IMG/VR virus record: IMGVR_UViG_3300012931_000017
Location: 33,415-97,414 of that record
DNA: 64,000 bases
Reading direction: 5' to 3' (one strand)
From: a virus
Positions 39,904-49,443 of this stretch are shown here, one piece after another. The notes beneath the pieces were generated by a model. The model saw nothing but the letters and a program-made list of their open reading frames with translations. It was not told the origin of the DNA and made no database searches. The position numbers and the translations under genes are program-made. How positions within the stretch are numbered: position 1 is the stretch's first letter; each line of letters opens with the position of its first letter.

Positions 39904-40331
39904 TTACAATTAATGTGAAGAAACTTAGTGATACAGCTCAACTTCCAGAATATAAGTCTGAGAATGCTATTGGAGCTGATATTTGTTCAAATGAAAAGCT
40001 TATAATTAAAGCAGGTAAATTTAGTTTAGTAAAAACTGGATTGGCTATAGATCTTCCACAAACTCATGAAGCTCAAGTTAGATCAAGAAGTGGTTTAGCA
40101 GCAAAGAATGGTGTATTTGTACTTAATTCACCCGGAACTATAGACCCTGATTATGTTGGTGAAGTTGGTGTAATATTAGCTAATTTTGGTGATAAAGATT
40201 TTGAAATTAATATTGGTGATAGAATTGCTCAATTAGTTATTTCCGAAAAACCATTAGTTCACTTCAAATTGGTTAAGGAAATTAAAAATACAGATAGAGG
40301 AACGAACGGATTTGGTTCAACAGGAAAATAA
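39900..40331 (+). CDS. dut: dUTPase (trimeric dUTP pyrophosphatase)
   Basis: 'AIGADICS', 'RSRSGLA', 'GTIDPDYVGEVGVIL', C-terminal 'RGTNGFGSTG'. Confidence 0.8.
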   Translation: MITINVKKLSDTAQLPEYKSENAIGADICSNEKLIIKAGKFSLVKTGLAIDLPQTHEAQVRSRSGLAAKNGVFVLNSPGTIDPDYVGEVGVILANFGDKDFEINIGDRIAQLVISEKPLVHFKLVKEIKNTDRGTNGFGSTGK

Positions 40332-40336
40332 TTTTA

Positions 40337-40370
40337 TTGACAATTATACTTTAAAATTTAATATTATAAT
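40337..40370 (+). promoter_or_regulatory. conserved early-promoter element upstream of the sliding-clamp gene
   Basis: TTGACAATTATACTTTAAAATTTAATATTATAAT. Confidence 0.6.
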
Positions 40371-40405
40371 AAACGAAAAGATATTTTTAATGAATAGGAG
40401 CTTTA

Positions 40406-41113
40406 ATGAGTAAAGAGTTAAATTATAAGATTGAAACCTTAAATTTGCTTAATCAGTTATCTTCAATCAGTACTGGTATTATTATTAAGAAGAGTGATGA
40501 TGGTAAATCTATAGTTATAAATCGTAAAAATCCATCTGAAAGTATTTCATACTTTTTTGAAGCTGATATTAATGATTTTTGCTTTGAAGGTGAAGAATTA
40601 TCAATTTATAATTATCCAGAATTTTATCAACTACTTTCGGTTTTCAAGAATCCAAAGATTGTTCAGAATATTAATAAACTTGAGATTTCTAATAATAATT
40701 CCAAAATTAAGTATGTATTAACTGATTCTGAAATTATGTCTCCTGGTCCTAAAGGTTTCAATATGCAAGAGGAACCTAATTGTGTCTTTGAATTAAGTGA
40801 AGATGAATTAAAGAATTTTTGTAAAATGATAGGTTTAGTAAGTTCAGAAAGTGCTAATTTGTTAGTTAATAATGATAAATTAGTTATTACTTTGAAGAAT
40901 GAAACTCATGAAAATACATTTGAAAAGAATTTTTCGGTTATTAAATCTGATGGTGAAGATGTAGATTTTAATATTCCTTCTGAAATTTTTTCAGTTATTC
41001 CTACTGGTAACTATACAGTAAGTATTTGGGGTGCTGGTGTAGTTATATTTGAATACAAATCTAATATTGCTTCACTTAAAATAATGACCGCAGAACTAGA
41101 AGATAGGAGCTAA
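40406..41113 (+). CDS. gp45: sliding clamp (T4 gp45-like)
   Basis: N-terminal 'TLNLLNQLSSISTGIIIKKS' parallels T4 gp45 'TALLKNFATINSGIMLKSG'; size and position next to gp44. Confidence 0.7.
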   Translation: MSKELNYKIETLNLLNQLSSISTGIIIKKSDDGKSIVINRKNPSESISYFFEADINDFCFEGEELSIYNYPEFYQLLSVFKNPKIVQNINKLEISNNNSKIKYVLTDSEIMSPGPKGFNMQEEPNCVFELSEDELKNFCKMIGLVSSESANLLVNNDKLVITLKNETHENTFEKNFSVIKSDGEDVDFNIPSEIFSVIPTGNYTVSIWGAGVVIFEYKSNIASLKIMTAELEDRS

Positions 41114-41117
41114 ATAA

Positions 41118-41735
41118 ATGTCAGAAGATATTATTGATGGAGAGTTTGAAGATCAAGTTATATCATCTGAAGAAGAAGAGTCTGACTCTTCTTCTAATTT
41201 TGATACTTCAGAATTTAGTGAAGAATATGCTAAAGTTAATGCTAAAGAAGAATTGGTTGATATTGAGTCTGGTAATGTAATTGATAAAGAAAAACTTACC
41301 ACTCTTGATTATATTAAAGCTATTTCTAAGAAAATGGGAATAGAATTGGTTGATCCAGATCCTAGTTGCAAATTTTGTTTAGGTAGAGGTCATACTAATT
41401 TTATAGAAAAACCTAAATCTTCAGAAGATTTAATACCAAAGAATAGAGCTGAAAGAAGAAGATTAGAAAAAGAAAATCTTAAAAATAATAAAGAAGCTAC
41501 TAAGGAGTTAAATGTACCGATTCCTTGTAAGTGTATTTATAAAAATAAAGAAGATTTTAATGCTGAGAATAAGATGCCAAGACTAACAAATAGGTCACAA
41601 AGGCGTAAATTAGAATCAGCTTCTAAAAAACAAAGTGATAAAATTATTGATCGTTATAGAAAAACGTTAAAAAATAAAGGTCAAGAAGAATTTAAAGAAA
41701 AGGTTAAAGAAGAAGATGGCAACTCCCGATATTAA
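41118..41735 (+). CDS. hypothetical acidic/basic protein (205 aa)
   Basis: Very acidic N-terminus, CxxC plus basic C-terminus. Confidence 0.3.
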   Translation: MSEDIIDGEFEDQVISSEEEESDSSSNFDTSEFSEEYAKVNAKEELVDIESGNVIDKEKLTTLDYIKAISKKMGIELVDPDPSCKFCLGRGHTNFIEKPKSSEDLIPKNRAERRRLEKENLKNNKEATKELNVPIPCKCIYKNKEDFNAENKMPRLTNRSQRRKLESASKKQSDKIIDRYRKTLKNKGQEEFKEKVKEEDGNSRY

Positions 41736-42678
41736 AAAACAATTAAGTAATTATCTTTGGGTTGAAAAATATAGACCTACTACTATAATTGGTGATGGTT
41801 TTGATATTATTCTTCCTAATTCATATAAGACTTATTTTTCTAATCTTATTAAAGAAGGACAAATTCCTAATCTTATTCTACACTCAGTTTCGCCTGGCGT
41901 TGGCAAAACTTCTCTGGCTAAGGCTCTTTGTTATGATTTAGGCTGTGATTTTAGATATATAAATATCTCTGCCAATGGTGGAATTGATACTTTGAGAAAT
42001 GATATTCAAAAATATGCATCAATGAAATCATTAAATGGTAAGCCTAAAATTGTTATAATGGACGAAGCTGAAGGTGCTGGCAATTCACTAAACTTAGCTT
42101 TGCGTGCTGCACTGGAAGAATTTAAGAATAGTTGTAGATTTATTTTCACTTGTAATAATATTTCAAAGATTATAGAACCTATTAAATCCCGATGTGCAGT
42201 TTTCGATTTTAATATGTCGGATCCTAATATTTTAAAAGAAGTAAAACCTAAAGTAGTTGATCGGCTTACTTCAATTTTAGAGTTTGAAGAGATTTCTTAT
42301 AAATTAGAAACTGTAGAAACTATGGTTGATACTTTCTTTCCCGATATAAGAAAAATGATTGGTTTATGTCAAAAGTATTCAAGTATGACTAAATCAATTG
42401 ATGAAAATATATTTAGATGTGAAAGTATAGATGAAGAGTTTTATTCTTATGTTCTTGAGAAAAAATTTGGAAAAGCTAGAAAATATCTAATTGATAAGAA
42501 TTATAATTATTCAGAATTATATAGGGAATTGTTTGATAATGTAGTTCCGAGATTAGATACTTCAAAACAAGGACCTGCTATTCTTGTAATTGGTGAATTT
42601 ATGTATAAGCATTCTACTGTAATTGATCCAGAAATCAATGCAGCGTGTTGTTTATTAGAATTAATGTCAAATATTTAA
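41716..42678 (+). CDS. gp44: clamp-loader large subunit (T4 gp44-like AAA+ ATPase)
   Basis: 'WVEKYRP', Walker A 'SPGVGKTSLAKAL', 'IVIMDEAE', 'SRC' sensor; close to T4 gp44. Confidence 0.85.
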   Translation: MATPDIKKQLSNYLWVEKYRPTTIIGDGFDIILPNSYKTYFSNLIKEGQIPNLILHSVSPGVGKTSLAKALCYDLGCDFRYINISANGGIDTLRNDIQKYASMKSLNGKPKIVIMDEAEGAGNSLNLALRAALEEFKNSCRFIFTCNNISKIIEPIKSRCAVFDFNMSDPNILKEVKPKVVDRLTSILEFEEISYKLETVETMVDTFFPDIRKMIGLCQKYSSMTKSIDENIFRCESIDEEFYSYVLEKKFGKARKYLIDKNYNYSELYRELFDNVVPRLDTSKQGPAILVIGEFMYKHSTVIDPEINAACCLLELMSNI

Positions 42679-42681
42679 AAG

Positions 42682-42996
42682 GTGGTAAAAATGATTGATC
42701 TTCCTGAAGGTTCAAGTAAAAAATTAAACTTTACTTGGTTGTTAAAAGAGTTTAGAAGTAATACATTAAATAAAACTCTTGATTCTATTAAGAAACGTGA
42801 AGTAGCTGATATGATGTTAGATCTTGAGTTTAATATGACTCAATTAAGCGAAAAACGTTTTCAGGGTTCTTTAAGTGAAGGAAAGTATAGTGTAATGATT
42901 AAAGAATTAGCTCAGATTAAAGATATTTTCACAAATAATCTATCTCAGAGAGTTAATGAAGATTCTGATGAAGGAGTTTCAAGCCATGCTTACTGA
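42682..42996 (+). CDS. hypothetical protein in the gp62 (clamp-loader small subunit) position
   Basis: Synteny only. Confidence 0.25.
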   Translation: MVKMIDLPEGSSKKLNFTWLLKEFRSNTLNKTLDSIKKREVADMMLDLEFNMTQLSEKRFQGSLSEGKYSVMIKELAQIKDIFTNNLSQRVNEDSDEGVSSHAY

Positions 42997-43237
42997 TGAT
43001 CTATTTACTAGATTTAAAGATGGAACCTTAGATAAATTCTTATCTATTACTATTGATAAAACCTTACTTAATAATTATTATGTTGAACTAGACGGATTTA
43101 TTGCTGACTATAAGCAGAAATTGTTTACTAAACCTAATAATAGTAGTGGTATTAATTTAGCTATTAATAATCTTACCTTAGTTAGAGATAAGGTTTATAA
43201 TAGAATAAAAGAACTAGGTAAAAATGTTCGTTGGTAA
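42956..43237 (+). CDS. hypothetical protein (93 aa); +1-frame continuation of the previous ORF
   Basis: Overlaps the previous ORF by 41 nt; the two together total about 190 aa. Confidence 0.2.
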   Translation: MKILMKEFQAMLTDDLFTRFKDGTLDKFLSITIDKTLLNNYYVELDGFIADYKQKLFTKPNNSSGINLAINNLTLVRDKVYNRIKELGKNVRW

Positions 43238-43263
43238 GTTAATTAAACAGAAAGTTTATATTT

Positions 43264-43710
43264 ATGGAAAAAGAATTTATTTTTGATACTGATTTGGATA
43301 TTATGGTTAGAAAAGTTATAGTTGATAATAAATTAGATTTAAATGGTGTAAAAATTAAATCGGTTTTAGTAGCACCTTATATTTCAAAAACTGTAGCCGG
43401 AAAGTGTATAAAACCAAACTCAGAGTTAAAGTTTTTTTGTGAGTCTGATTACTTGCTAGAGTTTTCTAATGATCTTTGGGAAAAACTTAAAGAAGAAACT
43501 AAAGAAATTTTAGTTCTTCATGAATTAAAGCATATTTTGGTTACTACTGATGCTAAAGGGGAAACTAAATTTAAAATTGCCGATCATGATGTTAAAGATT
43601 TTTACTCTATTATTTCAAAACATGGTATAAGTTGGTTGGATGAAATTAAAACTGTGTCTGCTTCAATTTATGATCTTCAGAATGGCAAACAAGATAAAAT
43701 TAAAATATAA
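43264..43710 (+). CDS. putative HExxH zinc metallopeptidase-like protein
   Basis: 'VLHELKHIL'. Confidence 0.35.
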   Translation: MEKEFIFDTDLDIMVRKVIVDNKLDLNGVKIKSVLVAPYISKTVAGKCIKPNSELKFFCESDYLLEFSNDLWEKLKEETKEILVLHELKHILVTTDAKGETKFKIADHDVKDFYSIISKHGISWLDEIKTVSASIYDLQNGKQDKIKI

Positions 43711-43732
43711 AAATTAAAGAAAGAATATAAAA

Positions 43733-44521
43733 ATGAAAATACTAAAGAATGCTGGTGAATTTGAAGTTTTATCAAAGACTGAAGATATTATATCATCTAT
43801 AGCTAATGCTGCTAGAACTTGTTATCAATCACAAGATAAGTCAACTCCAGAGAATGATATTAAACTTGTAAAGAATTTAATTACAAGAGGTCATGGAGCT
43901 ATGATTGAATTTGCTGATATAACTATAAAGTTTAAAAATGTTTCACGTGGATTAACTCATGAACTAGTTAGACATAGAGTTGCTAGTTTTGCACAAAAAA
44001 GTACCCGTTACGTTGATGAAGAAGAGTTTGAATTGGTATTTCCACCAAATTTAGACAAAGATCGTTTAATAATTGATGGTTTAGATTTAACTATTGAAGA
44101 TATTTGTAATCAAAATGAATTGGTTTATAGAAATCTTAGAGTTCTAGGTTATAAACCAGAAGACGCTAGACAATTCTTATATACAGCAGAAACAGCCGAA
44201 ATAGTTATGAAAGTTAATTTGAGAGAATTGCGTCATATTTTTACTATGCGATGTGATTATTTTGCTCATTGGGAAATAAGAACTATAATGTTAGATCTAT
44301 TAAAATGGTGTAAAGAAAATATACCTGTTATATTTGATGATTTTAAATTTTTGAAGTTAAATAATATTGATTATGCTAGACCAATTCTTTCATCATTTAA
44401 TATGTCTGATAAGTTTAAAGATTATGTTAATTCTGATAGTAGTTTAGAAGAGTTTATAAATAAACTACCAAAAGACATAACCGATAAATTATATCAAGAA
44501 TTAAAAATAAGGAATACTTAA
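43733..44521 (+). CDS. thyX: flavin-dependent thymidylate synthase ThyX
   Basis: 'RHRVASFAQKSTRY' ThyX signature. Confidence 0.85.
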   Translation: MKILKNAGEFEVLSKTEDIISSIANAARTCYQSQDKSTPENDIKLVKNLITRGHGAMIEFADITIKFKNVSRGLTHELVRHRVASFAQKSTRYVDEEEFELVFPPNLDKDRLIIDGLDLTIEDICNQNELVYRNLRVLGYKPEDARQFLYTAETAEIVMKVNLRELRHIFTMRCDYFAHWEIRTIMLDLLKWCKENIPVIFDDFKFLKLNNIDYARPILSSFNMSDKFKDYVNSDSSLEEFINKLPKDITDKLYQELKIRNT

Positions 44522-45249
44522 TGATTAAGTTTATTATTAGAAGAAAACATCCTGAAGAATATGCTAATTATTTGGAATTAAGTTTAAAGAAGTTAAAATT
44601 AGCTGATACTTGTGATGTTCATGTTTTGCCAGAAGAAGAAACGTTTGGTTATTCTCATTCTTGGAATAGAGGAATTGATGCTTATATTAATAATAAACTT
44701 AATGATGATGATATAGTTTGTTTTTGTCATGAGGATGTGTTAATATTAGACCCAAATTTTTCTCAAAAGTTAGAAATGATCTTTAAATTAAAGCCAGAAG
44801 TTGGATTAGTTGGTGTTACTGGTTCATCAAAATTACCAGAACATGGAAGATGGTTTGATGAAAATTTTGAAGATTTAGTTGGACAGTGGGCTACAAATAT
44901 GGACAATAAAACGATTATAATGGGTCGAAATCGTATAGGTTACTTCGATGATGTTTTGGTATGTCATAAGTTTTTTATTGCAGTTAGAGCCAGTTTATTA
45001 AAGGAAGGGCTACGGTTTGATCAGTGTTTTACCTTTGATCTTTATAATTTAGATTTTTGTCTACAAGTTCTTGAAAGAGGATTTAAGGTAGCTGTAGCTG
45101 ATATATTATTGTTACATAAATCGCAAAGAGAAGAAGAGTCTAATTTAGATCTATTTAATAGTAAATATATAGAACGTGGTTATAAAATACCACTAACTAT
45201 AGATCAATTTAAAAAAGATCAATTAATAGGAGTTGACATTTCATTATGA
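44521..45249 (+). CDS. hypothetical protein (242 aa), possible glycosyltransferase-like
   Basis: Weak; 'CFCHEDVLILD'. Confidence 0.25.
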   Translation: MIKFIIRRKHPEEYANYLELSLKKLKLADTCDVHVLPEEETFGYSHSWNRGIDAYINNKLNDDDIVCFCHEDVLILDPNFSQKLEMIFKLKPEVGLVGVTGSSKLPEHGRWFDENFEDLVGQWATNMDNKTIIMGRNRIGYFDDVLVCHKFFIAVRASLLKEGLRFDQCFTFDLYNLDFCLQVLERGFKVAVADILLLHKSQREEESNLDLFNSKYIERGYKIPLTIDQFKKDQLIGVDISL

Positions 45250-45674
45250 ACTATTATATTCCAAAGTATTTTAAAATTGAAGAATTAGTAGATCCTGTAA
45301 TGTTGAAACGTTTTGGTTCTTATAATTTATTTAAAAATGCTCTTGATTCCAGAATTCTATTTGAAATAGATAATATTAGAACTTTCTTTAATAAACCAAT
45401 AACTATTAATAATTGGAATATAGGTGGAGAATTTAGTTTACGAGGATTACGACCTTTTGATTGTAAAGAAGGTGGACTACTATCTGCTCATAAATTTGGA
45501 AAAGCTTTAGATTTTGATGTAAAAGGTTTAACTGCCGAAGAGGTTAGACAAGCTATTATTAAAAATTCTTCTAAATTTATTAATATTTCAAGAATGGAAG
45601 ATAATGTTTCCTGGGTTCATATAGATTGTGTGAATATCAATAAAACTAATGGAATTGAGTTATTTACTGCTTAA
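45246..45674 (+). CDS. peptidase M15 (zinc D-Ala-D-Ala / L-Ala-D-Glu peptidase fold), candidate endolysin
   Basis: 'SAHKFGKALDFD' (SxHxxGxAxD) and downstream 'WVHID'. Confidence 0.55.
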   Translation: MNYYIPKYFKIEELVDPVMLKRFGSYNLFKNALDSRILFEIDNIRTFFNKPITINNWNIGGEFSLRGLRPFDCKEGGLLSAHKFGKALDFDVKGLTAEEVRQAIIKNSSKFINISRMEDNVSWVHIDCVNINKTNGIELFTA

Positions 45675-45737
45675 TGAAGAGTAAATTAATAAAGTCTTTT
45701 TTGATACAGTTTTTAATGACATAAAGAAAGTAGTAAA

Positions 45738-46184
45738 ATGAAAAAGATAGAATCCCAAGAATTGGTTTCTAAACCAATTAATTTATTTAAACATTTAGAA
45801 AATTTAACTTTTAATAAGGTAGAGTTCGATCCGTTAGATGATAATCAAACTAAAGAATATGAACCTTATATGATTAATCGTTATGTTTCTATGTGTGAGT
45901 TTTATATTCCTTTGGTTAATGCTATTAATAAATATGATATTTCTAAAGAAACTCATTATAGATTTCTATTAGCTTCATTACCCAAAAGAAAACAATTCTT
46001 TAAGTATATGTCTAGAGCTAAAGATTTATTAAAAGATGAGAAAAATAAGATTTCTAAATATTTTGAGTGTGGAACTAGAGATCTTGAGGAATATCTAAAT
46101 ATATTAACCGAAGAACAAATTAATAATATTGTACGTAAATTTGATGGAGGTAAGGAAAATGGCAGACCAAATTCTAAAAAATAG
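45738..46184 (+). CDS. hypothetical protein (148 aa)
   Basis: ORF track. Confidence 0.3.
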   Translation: MKKIESQELVSKPINLFKHLENLTFNKVEFDPLDDNQTKEYEPYMINRYVSMCEFYIPLVNAINKYDISKETHYRFLLASLPKRKQFFKYMSRAKDLLKDEKNKISKYFECGTRDLEEYLNILTEEQINNIVRKFDGGKENGRPNSKK

Positions 46185-46344
46185 AGTAAGGTGTAATAAA
46201 TGTGGAGAAGTTCTATATTCAAAAGATCCTATTAAAAATATAACTTGTGAATGTGGTAATGTTACAATAAGTGGTGGGCAGTCTTTCTTAATTAGAGAAG
46301 GTTCTGATTTTGAGGAATTAACTGAATTTCTATTTAATGACTGA
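46129..46344 (+). CDS. small zinc-ribbon protein
   Basis: 'CNKCGE...CECGN'. Confidence 0.3.
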   Translation: MYVNLMEVRKMADQILKNRVRCNKCGEVLYSKDPIKNITCECGNVTISGGQSFLIREGSDFEELTEFLFND

Positions 46345-46353
46345 AAGGTTCTT

Positions 46354-47010
46354 ATGAAAAAGTTAATTATTTTAGTTTCTGGTAAAATGAAATCGGGTAA
46401 AAATACTTTTGCTGAGATTATGCAAAAAGAATTAATTAGTTCTAATATTGCGGTTGAAACTGATTATTTTGCAAAAGATTTAAAAAATGGTTGTAAAGAA
46501 GATTTCCAAATGTTGAAATATAACTTAAATAATTATGTGAATAATTTTCTAAAGTTATTAACAGATAAAAATCTTTTGAATGAAGATTTAAAAAATGAAC
46601 TAAATAAATTAAGAATAGAAGATGATAATTGGTTTGAAGATAAAACCTTTATTACCAGAGCTATTTTACAGTGTTATGGAACCGAAATATTTAAAAACCG
46701 AGTTAAGGAAACTTATTGGGTTGATAAAGTAAGAGAAAGATGTGAATTAAGTAAGTCTAATATAATTATTATAACCGATCTAAGATTTCCTGATGAAATA
46801 GAATATATGTATTCTGATAGTTATGATCTGATTACCGTAAGACTAGAAAGAAATGTAAATAAAAGTAATAAAAATCCTCATATATCAGAAACATCTCTTG
46901 ACAATTATACTGCGTGGAATTATATTATAGATAATAAAAGAAATTCAGTAAAATCGTTTGAAAAACAAGTTTCTATTGTTACTAAAGATATTTTATCAAT
47001 TTTTTCTTGA
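46354..47010 (+). CDS. deoxynucleoside-monophosphate kinase (T4 gp1-like)
   Basis: P-loop 'ILVSGKMKSGKNTFAE' resembling T4 gp1 'IFLSGVKRSGKDTTAD'; 'DLRFPDE'. Confidence 0.55.
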   Translation: MKKLIILVSGKMKSGKNTFAEIMQKELISSNIAVETDYFAKDLKNGCKEDFQMLKYNLNNYVNNFLKLLTDKNLLNEDLKNELNKLRIEDDNWFEDKTFITRAILQCYGTEIFKNRVKETYWVDKVRERCELSKSNIIIITDLRFPDEIEYMYSDSYDLITVRLERNVNKSNKNPHISETSLDNYTAWNYIIDNKRNSVKSFEKQVSIVTKDILSIFS

Positions 47011-47040
47011 CAATTATATTTTCAAATGTTATTTTATTAT
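47007..47040 (+). promoter_or_regulatory. variant promoter element (TTGACAATTATATTTTCAAATGTTATTTTATTATAAAT), early-like box plus late-like TATAAAT
   Basis: Shared variant with 49309..49345. Confidence 0.5.
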
Positions 47041-47064
47041 AAATTAATGGAGAAAGAATAAGAA

Positions 47065-47331
47065 ATGCCTATATTTGATTATAAATGTGAAAAATGTGGA
47101 TTTACCGATGAATATATTAAATCTATTAGTGTACCAAAAGATATGCAACCACCAGAAACCTGCCCTAAATGTGGTGGTAAAATGGATAAAATTGATAGTT
47201 TTGGTAAACTAGGATTTGATTTGCGTGGTGCCGGATTTTATACAAATGATTATGGAAAACATGCTTGGCAAAAAAATCTTTCTGTCGCTCAACAAGCAGC
47301 AGTTTTAACTGGAGATAAAAATCCTTATTAA
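47065..47331 (+). CDS. FmdB-family zinc-ribbon protein
   Basis: 'YKCEKCG...CPKCGG'. Confidence 0.5.
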   Translation: MPIFDYKCEKCGFTDEYIKSISVPKDMQPPETCPKCGGKMDKIDSFGKLGFDLRGAGFYTNDYGKHAWQKNLSVAQQAAVLTGDKNPY

Positions 47332-47478
47332 TTATGAAAGAGAACATGAATAATTTTGATGATAAGCTAAGTAGACGATTACAATGGTCTAAAAAGAAAG
47401 GTTCTAAATCATTTAAACAAAATAGTCAGTTTAAAGTTAAAGAACCCTATAAACGAAACAAATCTATTTCTTATTCTG

Positions 47479-48768
47479 ATGAACAATAATCTAAAGAATG
47501 GTTTATTTATGAACAATAATGAAGCATGTGTAGTTACTCTTAAAAATATATCTTCTATTGAAGGTGCTGACAAAATTAAACAAGCTGATGTATATCTTAA
47601 AGATATAAAACTTACTCAGGTTGTTGTTGGTGTAGAAACTAAAGAAGATACTAAAGTAGTTTATTTTGATTCTAATATTTGTATTAATGAATGTTTGACT
47701 CAAGATTTTCCAGATCTTGCAAAATATTTGGGTAAACATAATCGAGTTAAAACTATTAAACTTAAAGGCATTATTTCTAATGGTCTTTGTGTAGATTTAG
47801 ATAAATTTTACAAATACTTTAAAAATGAAAAAGAAGCTAAGTCCACTTTGGTTGAAGGTTATTCTTTCTCAAAAATTAGAGAACAAGATATTTGCAAAAA
47901 ATATATTGTTATGGTTAATGAACCTTCAAAATCTAAAAAGACTAAAGGTAAAGGTAAAATTAGTTCGCGAATGATTCCGGGTATATTTGCCTTTCATTGT
48001 GATACAAATCAGCTTCTTAGAAATATTCATAAGATAAATCCTGATGATATAATCTCAATTTCGGCAAAATTTCATGGCTCCAGCTCGATTGTATCTAATT
48101 GTTTGGTAAAAAAGAAACTTAACTTTAAAGAAAGAATTGCTAAGAAACTTGGAGTTAAAGTAGTTGAAACTGAATATGATTATATTTACGCTTCAAGAAG
48201 AGTTATTAAAAATAAGGAATTCCCAAATTCTAAGTCTTTTTATTCCGAAGATATTTGGGCTAAGTCTGGTAGAGAAAACTTTGAAGGTAAACTTAATAAA
48301 GGTGAAACAGTTTATTATGAAATTGTAGGTTTTCTAGAAAATGGAAAATATATTCAGAAACAATATGATTATGGTTGTACTTCACCAAATTATAAGATTG
48401 TAGTTTATAGAATTACATCAACTAATATTGATGGTGTAGTAACTGAATATAGTTGGTCCTCTATGAAAGAAAGATGTAAAGAACTTAATGTTCCAATGGT
48501 AAAAGAATATTACTACGGGAAAGCTAAAGATCTTTATCCTAATATTTCAATAGAAAATCATTGGCAAATTAATTTTGTTGAACAACTCAAAAAAGATTTT
48601 CTTGAGAAGAAGAGTGCTGATTGTATTAATGACGTTCCTGATGAAGGTATTGTTATTAGAAGAGAGTCTATTTCTATTGATGTTTATAAGTTGAAATCTG
48701 AACTTTTTATTCTAAGAGAATCTAAGTTGAAAGATGATGAAGTTGAAGATATTGAAGATTTGAACTAA
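47479..48768 (+). CDS. RNA ligase (Rnl2-like nucleotidyltransferase)
   Basis: Motif I 'SAKFHGSS' (T4 Rnl2 'KIHGTN'), 'VYYEIVGF', motif IV-like 'EGIVIRRE'. Confidence 0.55.
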   Translation: MNNNLKNGLFMNNNEACVVTLKNISSIEGADKIKQADVYLKDIKLTQVVVGVETKEDTKVVYFDSNICINECLTQDFPDLAKYLGKHNRVKTIKLKGIISNGLCVDLDKFYKYFKNEKEAKSTLVEGYSFSKIREQDICKKYIVMVNEPSKSKKTKGKGKISSRMIPGIFAFHCDTNQLLRNIHKINPDDIISISAKFHGSSSIVSNCLVKKKLNFKERIAKKLGVKVVETEYDYIYASRRVIKNKEFPNSKSFYSEDIWAKSGRENFEGKLNKGETVYYEIVGFLENGKYIQKQYDYGCTSPNYKIVVYRITSTNIDGVVTEYSWSSMKERCKELNVPMVKEYYYGKAKDLYPNISIENHWQINFVEQLKKDFLEKKSADCINDVPDEGIVIRRESISIDVYKLKSELFILRESKLKDDEVEDIEDLN

Positions 48769-48774
48769 TTATAA

Positions 48775-48800
48775 ATAGAATTATAAAATATAATTGTCAA
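48775..48800 (-). promoter_or_regulatory. reverse-oriented copy of the promoter element just downstream of the RNA-ligase stop
   Basis: The reverse complement reads CTTGACAATTATATTTTATAATTC. Confidence 0.35.
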
Positions 48801-48866
48801 GAATTATGTTTTTAAACCGTTAGATCTTAATGACTAACACAAAACTCACAAAAGGAGGAACCCAAT

Positions 48867-49289
48867 ATGGGCGAAAGATTTTTTTATGCACAAGATGTTT
48901 TTGATATTTTAACACGTAATATTCATGATGGTTTTTATTCATCTATTTTTAAGTCGGATTATAAACCAGATTATCCTTATGATCTTTATAAACAAGATAA
49001 TGACATTTATATTGAACTTCCTGTAATTGGAATCAATAAAGATGATATTAAAATTAAGGTTGAAAAGGATGTTTTGAGGATTTCCTGTAATAAAGATAAT
49101 GAAAAGATCACTAATCGTGATTATTATGTAAAAAGGATAACTAGAAAAAACTTTGATATTCCTTTTAAAATTGATGGCGATTTTGATATTAATTCAATAG
49201 ATGCAACTGTAGATAAAGGTTTACTAAGAATTAAAATACCTGCTTCTATTGAGTCTAAATCAAATTATTTCGATGTAAAAATAAAATAG
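48867..49289 (+). CDS. small heat-shock protein (Hsp20/alpha-crystallin)
   Basis: 'LPVIGINKDDIKIKVEKDVLRISC...GLLRIKIP' ACD pattern; RBS AAAGGAGG. Confidence 0.65.
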   Translation: MGERFFYAQDVFDILTRNIHDGFYSSIFKSDYKPDYPYDLYKQDNDIYIELPVIGINKDDIKIKVEKDVLRISCNKDNEKITNRDYYVKRITRKNFDIPFKIDGDFDINSIDATVDKGLLRIKIPASIESKSNYFDVKIK

Positions 49290-49308
49290 AATTTTTTAAT
49301 AATTTTTC

Positions 49309-49345
49309 TTGACAATTATATTTCAAAATATTATTTTATTATAAA
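49309..49345 (+). promoter_or_regulatory. variant promoter (early-like box plus TATAAATA late-like box) upstream of the tRNA cluster
   Basis: TTGACAATTATATTTCAAAATATTATTTTATTATAAATA. Confidence 0.5.
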
Positions 49346-49443
49346 TACAAAATCTTTGCTCGTGTCGAATAATGATTAGTTCAACTGATTTTCAGTCAGT
49401 TAATTGGAGTTTGATTCTCCACACGAGTATTTTTAATTTATTT

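Noticed and set aside
45956-47739. Minus-strand ORFs 45956-46222, 47165-47347 and 47503-47739
   Set aside because: Antisense within better-supported plus-strand genes (148-aa ORF, FmdB-like, RNA ligase).
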